Shown: piece after piece, positions 35,463-44,879 of the stretch
How the letters are laid out: each line of letters begins with the position of its first letter
Numbering within the stretch: the stretch's first letter is position 1
Notes under the pieces: model-generated
The model's database searches: none
What the model was told of the DNA's origin: nothing
Seen by the model: only the letters and a program-made list of their open reading frames with translations
DNA from: an uncultured Chloroflexia bacterium
Lineage (GTDB): Bacteria; Chloroflexota; Limnocylindria; Limnocylindrales; CSP1-4
Assembly: GCA_963849495.1 (NCBI GenBank)
Contig: CAWKHN010000012.1
Location: 21,906-85,905, forward strand
Length of the DNA: 64,000 nt
Direction: 5' to 3'
Made by a program: the position numbers and the translations under genes

Positions 35463-37655
35463 TCACGGTACGACCAGGTGGACCGGGTTGCCCTGCACGG
35501 ACACCTGCCAGGTCGTGGTGTCGTTGCCGCCTGCCGTGACGGTGTACTGGATCTGCCACCAGCCGCCCTTCCAGAGCCCGGTCGATCCGTAGGTGTTGGG
35601 GAGCGGGATGCTGATGTGGATCCAGGTGTTGTTGGTGGCCTGCTTGCTGTTGTACGTGGTGATGAACTGGCTGACGTTCGTATACGTGCCGCAGGGGCTG
35701 GTCCCGGTCTGGGCCTGGCAGTTCGAATCCGTGGTGTAGTTGAAGTTGACCGCCTGCGGCGTACCGCCATCGGGGCTCAACACCGTGAGGGTGCCGTTGC
35801 CATTGATGTCGCCCGCGTCGAACAGGTCGATCAGCGCCGTCTTCCCCGCGCCTGTTGCCTGGTCGATCTTGGCCAGGTAGAACTGCTGGATCCCATTGTT
35901 GGTGGTGTTGTAGGCGAGGTTGTTGTACACCGTCATCCGGCCGTTGCCGTACACCTGTGCCCCGGCGCCGGCCGCCTCGATCGCCCACATGTTCTCGGCA
36001 TTCGTGCCCGCGTTGACCGAGCTGTCGGCGCTGCTGCTCGGTGGGTTGGTCTTGGAGGTCTGCACCTGGAGGACGTACGTGCCCCCCGGCAGCAGGCCCG
36101 TCGGAAGCGTCCACCAGGCGTTGTGGTAGGGATCACAGCCGGCCGTCGCACCACCGGGTGCCGATCCCGTGCCATTCGGGCCCATGTTGCTCGGGTCGTA
36201 CCCCGTCTCGTCCTCGAACAACGCATTGGAGGTGTACACCTTGGACCACGTCGACTGCAGGCCGAGCTTGCCGTTCGTGTTCCACAGCGTGTAGTACGTC
36301 GACACAGGCGTGCCGCTCGTGCCGATCCAGTGGTCGCCGGCGCCCAGTGACCCGCCCGTGCCGTTCGAGCCCATCGCGCAGAACCCGGGGTCGAACACCT
36401 TGACCGACCCGCCGGACGGCATCTGCAGTGCGTACATGTAGCCGCTGGGGTCATAGTTCAGGTTGGCGTTGGAGCCGTCGTTTGCGGGAGCATACGCGTC
36501 GCCGTTGCCCTGCTGGCCGCCCTTGGTGATGATCGCGCCCCAGGCACCCTGGCTGTTCAGGAACGTGGCGCCGTCCGAAACGCCCGCGGTCGTGACCGTT
36601 GTGGTGGCCCCGGGGGTGGTCCGCGAATACGTGTAGTTCGCCTGGACGCTGATGGCGTCGACCCGGAGCCGCGTGGTGGATGTGGAGCACCCTTTGTTGG
36701 CCATCAGGCGGAGCCGGAACCTGCCATCCGAGAGCGCAGCCTCATTCCAGGTCTGGCCCGGCCAGGCGGCCATGCTGTTCGTCGCGCCGAAGGTGAAGGG
36801 CTGGTTCGAGGTGGTGAGCGCGCCCGTGACCTGGGTGCCCGAGGTCCAGTTCGCGCCTCCGTCGCCGGACAGGGCCACGGAGATCGACGAACTGGAACAC
36901 GAGGCGGACAGCCTTACGTTCGTCAGGGTCACCTGGATCCCGTTCACCGACGTGATGGCGTCGGTACCGGCGAGGTTGGACAGCAGGCCGAAGCTTGACC
37001 ACTGCTGCGACTGTCCGTTCGTGGTCGAATAGGCGTATCCCGAGCCGGTGCCGCTGACGGCGGCAACCAGGGTGCCACGGCTCGAGGTCCAGACATCCGA
37101 CGGCGTCGCCGACGCCGAGGTTGCACCGGAGTTGCCGGTCAGCCCGGTCTGGACCGTCCCGGCCGACGTCTTGTTCACGCTGTAATCGCCGACGCCGTAG
37201 TAGTCGAGCGGGCTGCCCATCGGGACCGGCAGCACGTAGACGCCCTTGGCGGTCCTGGCCATCGGCCACGACGTGATCCCGATGACCCGGGCGAAGAACG
37301 TCGGCACGCTCGCGCTGATCGTCACATCAAGCTGGCGCGGATCGCTCGAATCCTGGACCGGCGTGACCGTCACGCCCCCGCCGTTCGTGAAGCCGTTCTG
37401 AGTCGCGGACGCCCGAGCCTCCGAGTACGCCGTCGTGATGTCCCCCGGGAGGTAGACCGCTCCTGCGAGGGCGGCGGCATCGGCCGCTCGCTGGGCCCGC
37501 AGGGTGTTCACCCAGTAGAACGAGATGTCCACGACGATCGCGCACAGCAGCACGAACAGCGTGATCGACATCGCAAAGATCACCGCAACCTGGCCGCGGG
37601 AGCGCGATGAGGGGTGGACCCCGGCACGCCGGGGACGTCGAAGGATCGTCATCAT
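35463..37655 (-). CDS. tadG: TadG-like pilus tip protein / adhesin (730 aa)
   Basis: Prepilin-like RSRG|QVAVIF plus hydrophobic helix, then QRAADAAALAGA and a long Thr/Ser/Gly/Asn-rich extracellular region with several Cys. Confidence 0.8.
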   Translation of the reverse strand: MMTILRRPRRAGVHPSSRSRGQVAVIFAMSITLFVLLCAIVVDISFYWVNTLRAQRAADAAALAGAVYLPGDITTAYSEARASATQNGFTNGGGVTVTPVQDSSDPRQLDVTISASVPTFFARVIGITSWPMARTAKGVYVLPVPMGSPLDYYGVGDYSVNKTSAGTVQTGLTGNSGATSASATPSDVWTSSRGTLVAAVSGTGSGYAYSTTNGQSQQWSSFGLLSNLAGTDAITSVNGIQVTLTNVRLSASCSSSSISVALSGDGGANWTSGTQVTGALTTSNQPFTFGATNSMAAWPGQTWNEAALSDGRFRLRLMANKGCSTSTTRLRVDAISVQANYTYSRTTPGATTTVTTAGVSDGATFLNSQGAWGAIITKGGQQGNGDAYAPANDGSNANLNYDPSGYMYALQMPSGGSVKVFDPGFCAMGSNGTGGSLGAGDHWIGTSGTPVSTYYTLWNTNGKLGLQSTWSKVYTSNALFEDETGYDPSNMGPNGTGSAPGGATAGCDPYHNAWWTLPTGLLPGGTYVLQVQTSKTNPPSSSADSSVNAGTNAENMWAIEAAGAGAQVYGNGRMTVYNNLAYNTTNNGIQQFYLAKIDQATGAGKTALIDLFDAGDINGNGTLTVLSPDGGTPQAVNFNYTTDSNCQAQTGTSPCGTYTNVSQFITTYNSKQATNNTWIHISIPLPNTYGSTGLWKGGWWQIQYTVTAGGNDTTTWQVSVQGNPVHLVVP

Positions 37656-37671
37656 GGCATCGCCGTTCTGC

Positions 37672-38313
37672 CTAGTTGCTCGGGTTGAGGTTCATGACGG
37701 TGTGGTCCGTCATGGCCAGCGTCGAGGAGGAGGATCCGCCGAAGAACCTCATGATCGCGGCCAGCCCAGTCTGGAACTGGTACGTGTATGAGAGGGACAC
37801 TCCCAGGGCGTCAGCGTTGGCGCCGTTGTTTCGGGAGCAGGGACTCCAGCCGGTCGAGGTCGCCTTGAAGTCCAGCGCCTTGCCATCGACGACTGGGCCG
37901 GCACCCGGAGCGAGAGACCAGACGTTGACGGCGCTGGTCGGGGTGCCGTCACTCTTCGCAAGGTAGACCGAGATCGTGCTGATCCGGTTAATCTCGATGG
38001 GCGAACCCGGTGACTCCAGCACGCGCTCGACGGCGGCGATGATGGGTGCGTCGAAGTCCGGCGTGGTGCATGGGTAGCCCGTATTGCCCTTCCCGAGGGC
38101 TGCGCCTGTGCGGGCGCCTTCGCGTGTGGCGTACGCCAGGGTCTGGTCGTGGGTGAACGCCAACCCGAACTCGAGCATGCCAAGCAGGAGCAGCATGAAG
38201 ACGGGCACCACGAGCGCGAATTCGACGAGGCCCTGGCCATCTTGTCGGCTTCCGAGATGGCGTTCCGGACGCCCGCAGCAGGTGGACCGCCCCTCCGGCG
38301 CCCGCACCCTCAC
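37672..38313 (-). CDS. tadE: TadE-like minor pilin
   Basis: G|QGLVEFALVVPVF...LEFG...ATREGAR. GTGA overlap with the upstream gene. Confidence 0.88.
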   Translation of the reverse strand: MRVRAPEGRSTCCGRPERHLGSRQDGQGLVEFALVVPVFMLLLLGMLEFGLAFTHDQTLAYATREGARTGAALGKGNTGYPCTTPDFDAPIIAAVERVLESPGSPIEINRISTISVYLAKSDGTPTSAVNVWSLAPGAGPVVDGKALDFKATSTGWSPCSRNNGANADALGVSLSYTYQFQTGLAAIMRFFGGSSSSTLAMTDHTVMNLNPSN

Positions 38314-38984
38314 AGGACCGGCTCCATCCGCATCGCGTTGGACTGCACGAGCGTCGTTCCGGAGCCACCCAGGGAAACGAGATTCGCGAGGGGCGTGACC
38401 CACGTGTGCCGGTAGGTGACCTTGACGCCGATCGTGTCGAGGGTGGGGTGGCCGGGCTGGCAGCCGCCTGACACGTCGCCGGCGAGGATGTTGCAGCGGT
38501 CTGCGGCAGGGTAGGTCAGGTCCGCCGGGGGAGCCGAGTAGGGGACGGTGAGCGTCGTGCCATCTGGCATCAGGCACGACGTCGAACCGGTCCGCGTGTA
38601 GATGTTCTCCTGTCCGCCGTACACCGCACCGTTCTGGTCCGCGCGGTAGATGACGACTTCCGTGATCCGCGAGCGGTCCGCCGGCGCCGTCACGTCGTTC
38701 TCGACCTGCTGGAGGATCACGCAGTCGGCCGCGGAGGAGTTGCCTGCCTCGGCCGCGACCAGTGCTGCGTCCCGCGTCGCATGTCCGATGGACAGGAGCG
38801 CGTTGAACACGAACGCGAACTCGAGCAGGGCCATCAACATCGTGATGAAGATCGGGAACACGAGCGCGAACTCCACGAGCGCCTGGCCGGTGGAATGCGG
38901 GACTCGCCTGCTCGGACCTGGCTGCGGGGCCCGAACGCGCAGACGGCGCATCCAGGACCGCGCAGTGCAGTGCATGTAACCCAT
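38310..38984 (-). CDS. tadE: TadE-like minor pilin
   Basis: G|QALVEFALVFPIF...LEFA...ATRDAA. Start uncertain. Confidence 0.88.
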   Translation of the reverse strand: MGYMHCTARSWMRRLRVRAPQPGPSRRVPHSTGQALVEFALVFPIFITMLMALLEFAFVFNALLSIGHATRDAALVAAEAGNSSAADCVILQQVENDVTAPADRSRITEVVIYRADQNGAVYGGQENIYTRTGSTSCLMPDGTTLTVPYSAPPADLTYPAADRCNILAGDVSGGCQPGHPTLDTIGVKVTYRHTWVTPLANLVSLGGSGTTLVQSNAMRMEPVL

Positions 38985-39079
38985 GAGCGACGGTTGCCCC
39001 CGACGGGTGTGCTTGATATGAGAGCCGGACTATGCGGCGCGTAACTTGCAATGAACCTTACCGCGGCGGTTGCCCAGGC

Positions 39080-40537
39080 TCATCCGGGACCATTGGATGG
39101 GCTGCCGGTACTTCTGGCTGCCGACACCGCCTGCGAGCAATCCTCGAGTGGAGCCAGGTCCGGCGCAAGCGGCGGCGGGGCGTCGGCGAGGTCTGGCGGG
39201 ACCTCGCCGGAGCCGGCCCAGCGGTCGCTGACGGGCCACACGAGCCACAGCCCGATCAGCATCGTGACGATCAGGCTGAGGATGGCGACCTGGTAGGCCC
39301 CGACGCCGAGGGCACCCAGGAGCAGGAACACGATCGCCCCGTACAGGATCTGGCCGATCACCTGCGAAGCCTTGCCGACGAGCCCGTAGACACCGAAGAA
39401 CTCGCCCACGCGAGCGGGCGGCGAGAGACGGACCATGAACACGCGATCGGCCACCTGGACGCCGCCCAGGCCGCTGCCCAGGATCGCCCCGGCGACCAGG
39501 AACAGCCCGAAGCCGAGCGGGGCGGGCGTCGGCCCACCGGTCACCGGATTGGTGCCGTTGAGCGAGAGCGAGATCGCGCCCAGCACCAGCCCGACGGCCC
39601 AGCTGAGCAGGACCGCGATCAGCGTCCGGCGCGGTCCGACGCGATCGCTCAGCCACCCCCACACGAACGACATCAGGATCGCGACCACCGTAAGCGACAG
39701 CAGCACCAGGTTCGCCTGGGCCGCGGTGAGGCCCACCGCCTCGACGGCGACAACGGTCATGACCACGATCACCGTGTTGACGGCATCCGAGTAGAAGAAC
39801 CGGCCGACAAGGAACCGCGGCAGGCCGGGCACCTCGCGCGCATGGACGATCGTGATGCGCAGCTGGCGCCACGAGGCGACGACGTCGGCGACGGTCAGTG
39901 GCGCGGCCGTCGGGTCGCGGTGCTCGCGCACGATCGCGAACACCGGGACGGCGAACAACGCGAACAGGAGCGCGGAGAGCGGGAAACGCGCCTCGACGGG
40001 AATGTCGAACAGGAAGATGAGCAGGCCGACGAACACGGTGCCGCCGTACCCGACGGCCGTCCCGATGCCGCTCAACCGGCCCCGCGTGCTGGGCGTGCTC
40101 ACGAGCTTGATCGAGGCGTCGTAGTAGATCAGTGCGGCCTGGTAGCCGAAGTTGGCGAGGACGAACAGCAGGACCCCGACCAGCGGGCCGCTGAAGCCGA
40201 TGACGGCGGTCGGCCCGATGCACAGCGCCGTGAACGCGAGCAGGAACGGCAGCCGGCGTCCGCCGCGATCGGACAGGGCGCCCAGGACCGGCGACACGAT
40301 CGCGTTGAGGCCGACGCTCACGGCGATGGCGATGCTCAGCACGAGCTGGCCGGTGGCGGCGCCGAACCGCGAATCGTCCGTCAGCCACAGGCCGATCGCG
40401 CCGGACACGATCGCGAACGAGAAGATCGTGTTCGCGAAGTCGTACATCACCCACGACGCCTGGGCAACCGGGCGAAGGTTCGGGTCGCGACCCATGCTCG
40501 CCGCGGGCGAGGTCGCGGTGACTGACGATGCCGGCAT
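39080..40537 (-). CDS. MFS transporter (UMF1/ATG22-like)
   Basis: SWVMYDFANTIFS, SPVLGALSDRGGRR and GEFFGVYGLVGK. About 12 TM segments. Confidence 0.9.
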   Translation of the reverse strand: MPASSVTATSPAASMGRDPNLRPVAQASWVMYDFANTIFSFAIVSGAIGLWLTDDSRFGAATGQLVLSIAIAVSVGLNAIVSPVLGALSDRGGRRLPFLLAFTALCIGPTAVIGFSGPLVGVLLFVLANFGYQAALIYYDASIKLVSTPSTRGRLSGIGTAVGYGGTVFVGLLIFLFDIPVEARFPLSALLFALFAVPVFAIVREHRDPTAAPLTVADVVASWRQLRITIVHAREVPGLPRFLVGRFFYSDAVNTVIVVMTVVAVEAVGLTAAQANLVLLSLTVVAILMSFVWGWLSDRVGPRRTLIAVLLSWAVGLVLGAISLSLNGTNPVTGGPTPAPLGFGLFLVAGAILGSGLGGVQVADRVFMVRLSPPARVGEFFGVYGLVGKASQVIGQILYGAIVFLLLGALGVGAYQVAILSLIVTMLIGLWLVWPVSDRWAGSGEVPPDLADAPPPLAPDLAPLEDCSQAVSAARSTGSPSNGPG

Positions 40538-40700
40538 GGGCCTCTCGCGAGCTTGGTGGGTGGGGCGCCCCGGGGTGGCGCGATGATAGAGGGCACGGCA
40601 ACCTCCGATGGGGCCGACTCGCGATGCCGCCGGTCGGCACCCGCGTGCTGCGACGGCCCGCGGGCCGGCCGACTCGGCTGGGGCGAGGTAGCATCGGGCC

Positions 40701-41450
40701 ATGCTGGACCCCGCCTCTTCGCACGAGGTCGCCGCCGCGTGGCAGCCGCAGCTGCCGGGCAAGCGCGCCGCGCGCGACATCCCGGACGCGCTGGTGGAAC
40801 CCGACTGGGGCGGGGCCCGGGTGGTCGCGGCCCTCACCCGGGACGAGGCGGCCCTGTACGCCCACGGCGAGGCGATCGCCGTCCCGGAGAATCTCCTGCA
40901 GGCGCTGATCGAGGCGTTCGGCGCCGACGAGGCCGTGATCGAGGGCCACCTCACGACTGCCGCGCTGAGGACCGGCGAGGGGGCATTCCCGGAACCGCCG
41001 TCGGTGGAGCGGCCACCCATCCTCATCCCACGCGCGTTCCGGCAGGGCGCAAGGGACGATCCATACGTCATCGCCCGCGACCACGTGTCGCGCTCTCGGG
41101 CGATCGAGCCCGCGGTGCTGGACGCGCTGGAGAACGGTGAGCCCCATGCGTTCGTTGCCACCGACCTCCTGTGGGTGGACGGGGAGTCGCTCGTGGACGT
41201 CCCGCTGCTCGAGCGCAAGCGGCTCCTCGAGCCGATCCTCGAGGAGAGCCGGCTGGTGCGCGTGACGACGTTCGTCAAGGCCACCGCCGGGCTCACGCTC
41301 GTCACGTGGGGAACGCTCGGGTTCACCGAAGTCTCCTACCGGGCCGCGAACAGCCGCTATCTCGCCGGTCGGGAGAACCGGGATTGGGCCGTCGCCCGCA
41401 CGCCGCACCGTTCCGGCGGGGCGTCGAGGCTGCCGACGCCAGGGCGCTGA
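40701..41450 (+). CDS. ATP-dependent DNA ligase adenylation-domain homologue with degenerate catalytic motifs
   Basis: DLLWVDGESL.DVPL.ERKRLL and SRY.AG...DW match ligase motifs, but motif I reads EPDWGGAR with no Lys. Confidence 0.75.
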   Translation: MLDPASSHEVAAAWQPQLPGKRAARDIPDALVEPDWGGARVVAALTRDEAALYAHGEAIAVPENLLQALIEAFGADEAVIEGHLTTAALRTGEGAFPEPPSVERPPILIPRAFRQGARDDPYVIARDHVSRSRAIEPAVLDALENGEPHAFVATDLLWVDGESLVDVPLLERKRLLEPILEESRLVRVTTFVKATAGLTLVTWGTLGFTEVSYRAANSRYLAGRENRDWAVARTPHRSGGASRLPTPGR

Positions 41451-41495
41451 TCGCTCAACGGCCCGCGTCGGATCACCGGGTGGTAGGGTGGCGCT

Positions 41496-42929
41496 GTGCC
41501 CGCGACGATGCTGACGCCCGCGATTCGCGATGAGATCGCCCGCCTCGGTCGCGCCGACATCATGGTCGGCATTCCGAGCTTCAAGAACGCCGCCACGATC
41601 GGCTACGTCGTCCGTGCGGCGCATGCCGGGCTGGTCCAGTACTTCCCCGACCTGAAGCCGGTGCTCGTCAACTCCGACGCGGGAAGCCCGGACGGCACCC
41701 AGCGCGTCGTGGTCGAGACGGAGCCCCCGGACTACGTCGCCTCGATCCTGCTCGTCCGGCCCACCAACCGTCTCGACCGGGTCACGATCACGTACCCGGA
41801 GATCGACGGCATCGGTGGCAAGGGTGCTGCGCTGCGGACGATCTTCGAGATCGCCGCCGAGCTCGAGGTCCAGGCCCTGGTCGTCGTGGACAGCGACCTG
41901 CGCAGCATCGTGCCGGAGTGGATCGAGCTGCTCGCCGGGCCGATCCTCAAGGGCGGCTACGACTTCGTCGCTCCCCTGTACGCCCGCTACAAGTACGACG
42001 GCACGATCACCAACACCGTCACCTATCCGCTGACACGCGCCCTCTATGGCCACCGGATCCGCCAGCCGATCGGCGGCGACTTCGGGGTCAGCGGCGACCT
42101 GGTCCGGCACTACCTGGCCCAGGATGACTGGACCCCGGACATCAGCAAGTTCGGGATCGACATCTGGATGACGACATCCGCGTTGATCGGCGGGTTCGCG
42201 GTGTGCCAGACGCGGCTCGGGGCCAAGGTGCACGATCCCAAGGATCCCAGCGCGGACCTTGGCCCGATGTTCCGCCAGGTCGTGGGCACGATCCTGCGCA
42301 TGGCCGCCACGCACCCCGAGGCCTGGCTGACGATCCGTGGCAGCCACGACGTGCCAGCCTACGGGTTCGAGCGGATCGTGGATCCGCCGCCGCTGGAGGT
42401 GAATGCGATCCGGCTGCTGTCGGAGTTCCACGGCGGTTCGCTCGGCCTCGCCGACACCTGGCGCCGCATGCTCGACCCCGCGAACGTCGAGACGATCCTG
42501 ACGCTGGCCGAGGAGGCCGGCCGGATGGCGGATGCGGCCTCGAACCGGCTGGGTCTCGGCTCCGAGGGCGACACCGCGCACCCGACGACACTGGAGATGA
42601 CCGAGGCGCTGGCAGGCTTCCACTTCCCGGACGACCTGTGGGCTCGAGTGGTCTACGACCTCGTCCTGGCGACCCGGCGCGGCTCCGTGGACACCCCCCA
42701 GCTGGTCGCCGCGCTGGTGCCCATCTACTTCGGCCGCGTGGGCAGCTTCGTGATCGAGAACCGCCATCTCACGACCGCGGACGCCGAAGAGCGAGTGGAG
42801 CGACAGGCGCGCGAGTTCGAGCTGCTCAAGCCGTACCTGGTCGAGCGCTGGGAGGCCCAGGACGAGGAGCGGGCCGGCGGGGCCGGCGCGGGTCACGACG
42901 AGGCTCAGCGCCCGGGTGGACGAGCATGA
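41496..42929 (+). CDS. GT-A glycosyltransferase, glucosylglycerate/mannosylglycerate synthase-like
   Basis: VGIPSFKNAATI, GKGAALRTIF, VDSDLRSI (DxD), KYDGTITN, RQPIGGDF and KVHDPKDP. Confidence 0.82.
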   Translation: MPATMLTPAIRDEIARLGRADIMVGIPSFKNAATIGYVVRAAHAGLVQYFPDLKPVLVNSDAGSPDGTQRVVVETEPPDYVASILLVRPTNRLDRVTITYPEIDGIGGKGAALRTIFEIAAELEVQALVVVDSDLRSIVPEWIELLAGPILKGGYDFVAPLYARYKYDGTITNTVTYPLTRALYGHRIRQPIGGDFGVSGDLVRHYLAQDDWTPDISKFGIDIWMTTSALIGGFAVCQTRLGAKVHDPKDPSADLGPMFRQVVGTILRMAATHPEAWLTIRGSHDVPAYGFERIVDPPPLEVNAIRLLSEFHGGSLGLADTWRRMLDPANVETILTLAEEAGRMADAASNRLGLGSEGDTAHPTTLEMTEALAGFHFPDDLWARVVYDLVLATRRGSVDTPQLVAALVPIYFGRVGSFVIENRHLTTADAEERVERQAREFELLKPYLVERWEAQDEERAGGAGAGHDEAQRPGGRA

Positions 42930-44842
42930 CGGGTGAGCCGCTGCCGGCTCGGATCCTGATCCCCGTCGCGAACCCGCTGACGGCGGAGGAGCTGATCCGG
43001 ATCGGCGCGTCGCTGCTCGACCCACGGACCGGCGAGCTGACCGCGCTCGGGATCGTCGAGGTCCCCGAGGGAATGGCGCTCAGCGATGGCGCCACGCGGG
43101 CACGTCAGGCCCGCCGCCTGCTGCAGAAGGTGATGGACTACGTCCCCGAGGGCACGACGATCCACCCCCTGGTCCGGATCGGGCGCCACGCAGCCGCCGG
43201 GATCGTCGAGGCGGCTACCGAGCAGGAGGCGGACCTGCTCATCTTCGGCTGGGGCGGCAAATCCGGGACGCGCCGGGACGCCGGCGGTCCGGTGATCTCG
43301 CCCACCATCGACGAGGTCGTGCGCGAATCGCCGTGCGACATCGCAGTCGTCAAGCAACGGGGCGCGAAGGAGATCCGGCGGATCCTCGTGCCCGTGCGCG
43401 GTGGCCCGCACGCGGAGCTCGCGCTCCGGTTCGCGGACGCGCTCGCGCACCGCCACGACGCAACGGTCGCGGTCATGCACCTGGTGCCGGCCGGTGTCAC
43501 GGAAGCCGTGCGAGCCCAGGCCGAGCATGCGCTGGCCGCATTCGCGCGCCAGCACGTCACCGCACGTTCGGAGCCGATCCTGCGCGAGACCCAGAACGTC
43601 CGGACCACGATCCTGCGCGAGGCGGAGCGCTCGGACCTGGTCGTGATGGGCGCGTCGGCGCCACCGGACGACGCCGGCAGCTCGCTGTTCGGGGCGCTTC
43701 CGGAAGCCATCGCCCAGCGCGCCAAGTCGACCGTGATCGTCGTCAAGACGCGCGAGCCCATCGGGCGCCAGACCTTCGAGCAGCTTGCCCAGCGTGCCGA
43801 GTCGCTCGCAGCGGCCGATCGCGCTGCCGAGGAGTCCCGGGCAATCCCCGCCCGCGTGGAGCGCTGGTTCGCGGAGGCCAACTTCCACCATTCCGAGTTT
43901 GCGGATCTTGCGCGGCTGACCACGCTCAAGGAGAAGCTGGGCGTCACGGTCAGCCTCGTGCTGCCGACCCTCAACGAGGCCGAGACGGTCGGACCCATCG
44001 TCCGCCGGGCCATCCGGGAGATGCAGGAGCGGTTCCCGCTCCTCGACGAGATCCTCGTGATCAATTCGGCGTCCACCGACGACACGCGCGCGATCGCCGA
44101 GGCCGAGGGTGCGCGCGTGGTCCAGCACCCGGACGTGCTGACCCGGTATGGCTCGTTCCGGGGCAAGGGCGAGGCCCTGTGGAAGTCGCTGTACGAGACG
44201 ACGGGCGACATCGTCGTGTGGGCCGACACGGACGTCCGGAACTGGCATCACCGGATGGTCTACGGGACCCTCGGGCCACTGCTCGTCGAGCCGCGGCTCC
44301 AGTACGTCAAGGGCTACTACCAGCGCCCGATCGTCGAGGCGGGCGTGCTCAAGGAGGGCGGCGGCGGGCGCGTGACCGAGCTCGTGGCACGGCCGCTCAT
44401 CAACCTGTTCTTCCCGGAGCTCTCGGGGATGATCCAGCCCCTGTCGGGCGAGTACGCGGGGCGGCGATCGCTGCTCGAGCAGCTGCCTTTCTTCACCGGG
44501 TACGCGGTCGAGATCGGCCACCTGATCGATGCGTCCGAGCGGGCGGGCATCGAGGGGCTGGGCCAGGTGGACCTGGAGCGTCGCGTGCACCGGAACCAGG
44601 AGCTCGAGGGACTGTCGCGGATGTCGTTCGTGATCCTCCAGGCCGTCATGAAGCGGCTGGAGGAGCGCCGGCGCGCGCGGCTGTTCGCGGAGCTCGGCTC
44701 CACGATGAAGCTGCCGCGCTCGGGACACGGACGCCTGTCGCTCGAGGTCATGGAGCTCGCCGACCACGAGCGGCCCCCGATGATCCGGATCCCCGAGTAC
44801 CTGGAGAAGCGGCGGGCCGCATCCGGCGACGACCTGTCGTGA
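42926..44842 (+). CDS. gpgS: Tandem universal stress protein domains fused to glucosyl-3-phosphoglycerate synthase
   Basis: RILIPVAN and RILVPVRGG Usp repeats, then VSLVLPTLNEAETV, GKGEALWKSL, ADTD, GGGRVTELVARP, QPLSGEYA and HRNQ. Confidence 0.88.
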   Translation: MTGEPLPARILIPVANPLTAEELIRIGASLLDPRTGELTALGIVEVPEGMALSDGATRARQARRLLQKVMDYVPEGTTIHPLVRIGRHAAAGIVEAATEQEADLLIFGWGGKSGTRRDAGGPVISPTIDEVVRESPCDIAVVKQRGAKEIRRILVPVRGGPHAELALRFADALAHRHDATVAVMHLVPAGVTEAVRAQAEHALAAFARQHVTARSEPILRETQNVRTTILREAERSDLVVMGASAPPDDAGSSLFGALPEAIAQRAKSTVIVVKTREPIGRQTFEQLAQRAESLAAADRAAEESRAIPARVERWFAEANFHHSEFADLARLTTLKEKLGVTVSLVLPTLNEAETVGPIVRRAIREMQERFPLLDEILVINSASTDDTRAIAEAEGARVVQHPDVLTRYGSFRGKGEALWKSLYETTGDIVVWADTDVRNWHHRMVYGTLGPLLVEPRLQYVKGYYQRPIVEAGVLKEGGGGRVTELVARPLINLFFPELSGMIQPLSGEYAGRRSLLEQLPFFTGYAVEIGHLIDASERAGIEGLGQVDLERRVHRNQELEGLSRMSFVILQAVMKRLEERRRARLFAELGSTMKLPRSGHGRLSLEVMELADHERPPMIRIPEYLEKRRAASGDDLS

Positions 44843-44879
44843 GCGGGGCGGGCCGCGACGCCCTGCCGGGAGCTCTCGC

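Noticed and set aside
39030-43025. 1331-aa minus-strand ORF
   Set aside because: Off-frame to the MFS gene and antisense to the glycosyltransferase; Arg/Pro/Gly-rich nonsense translation.
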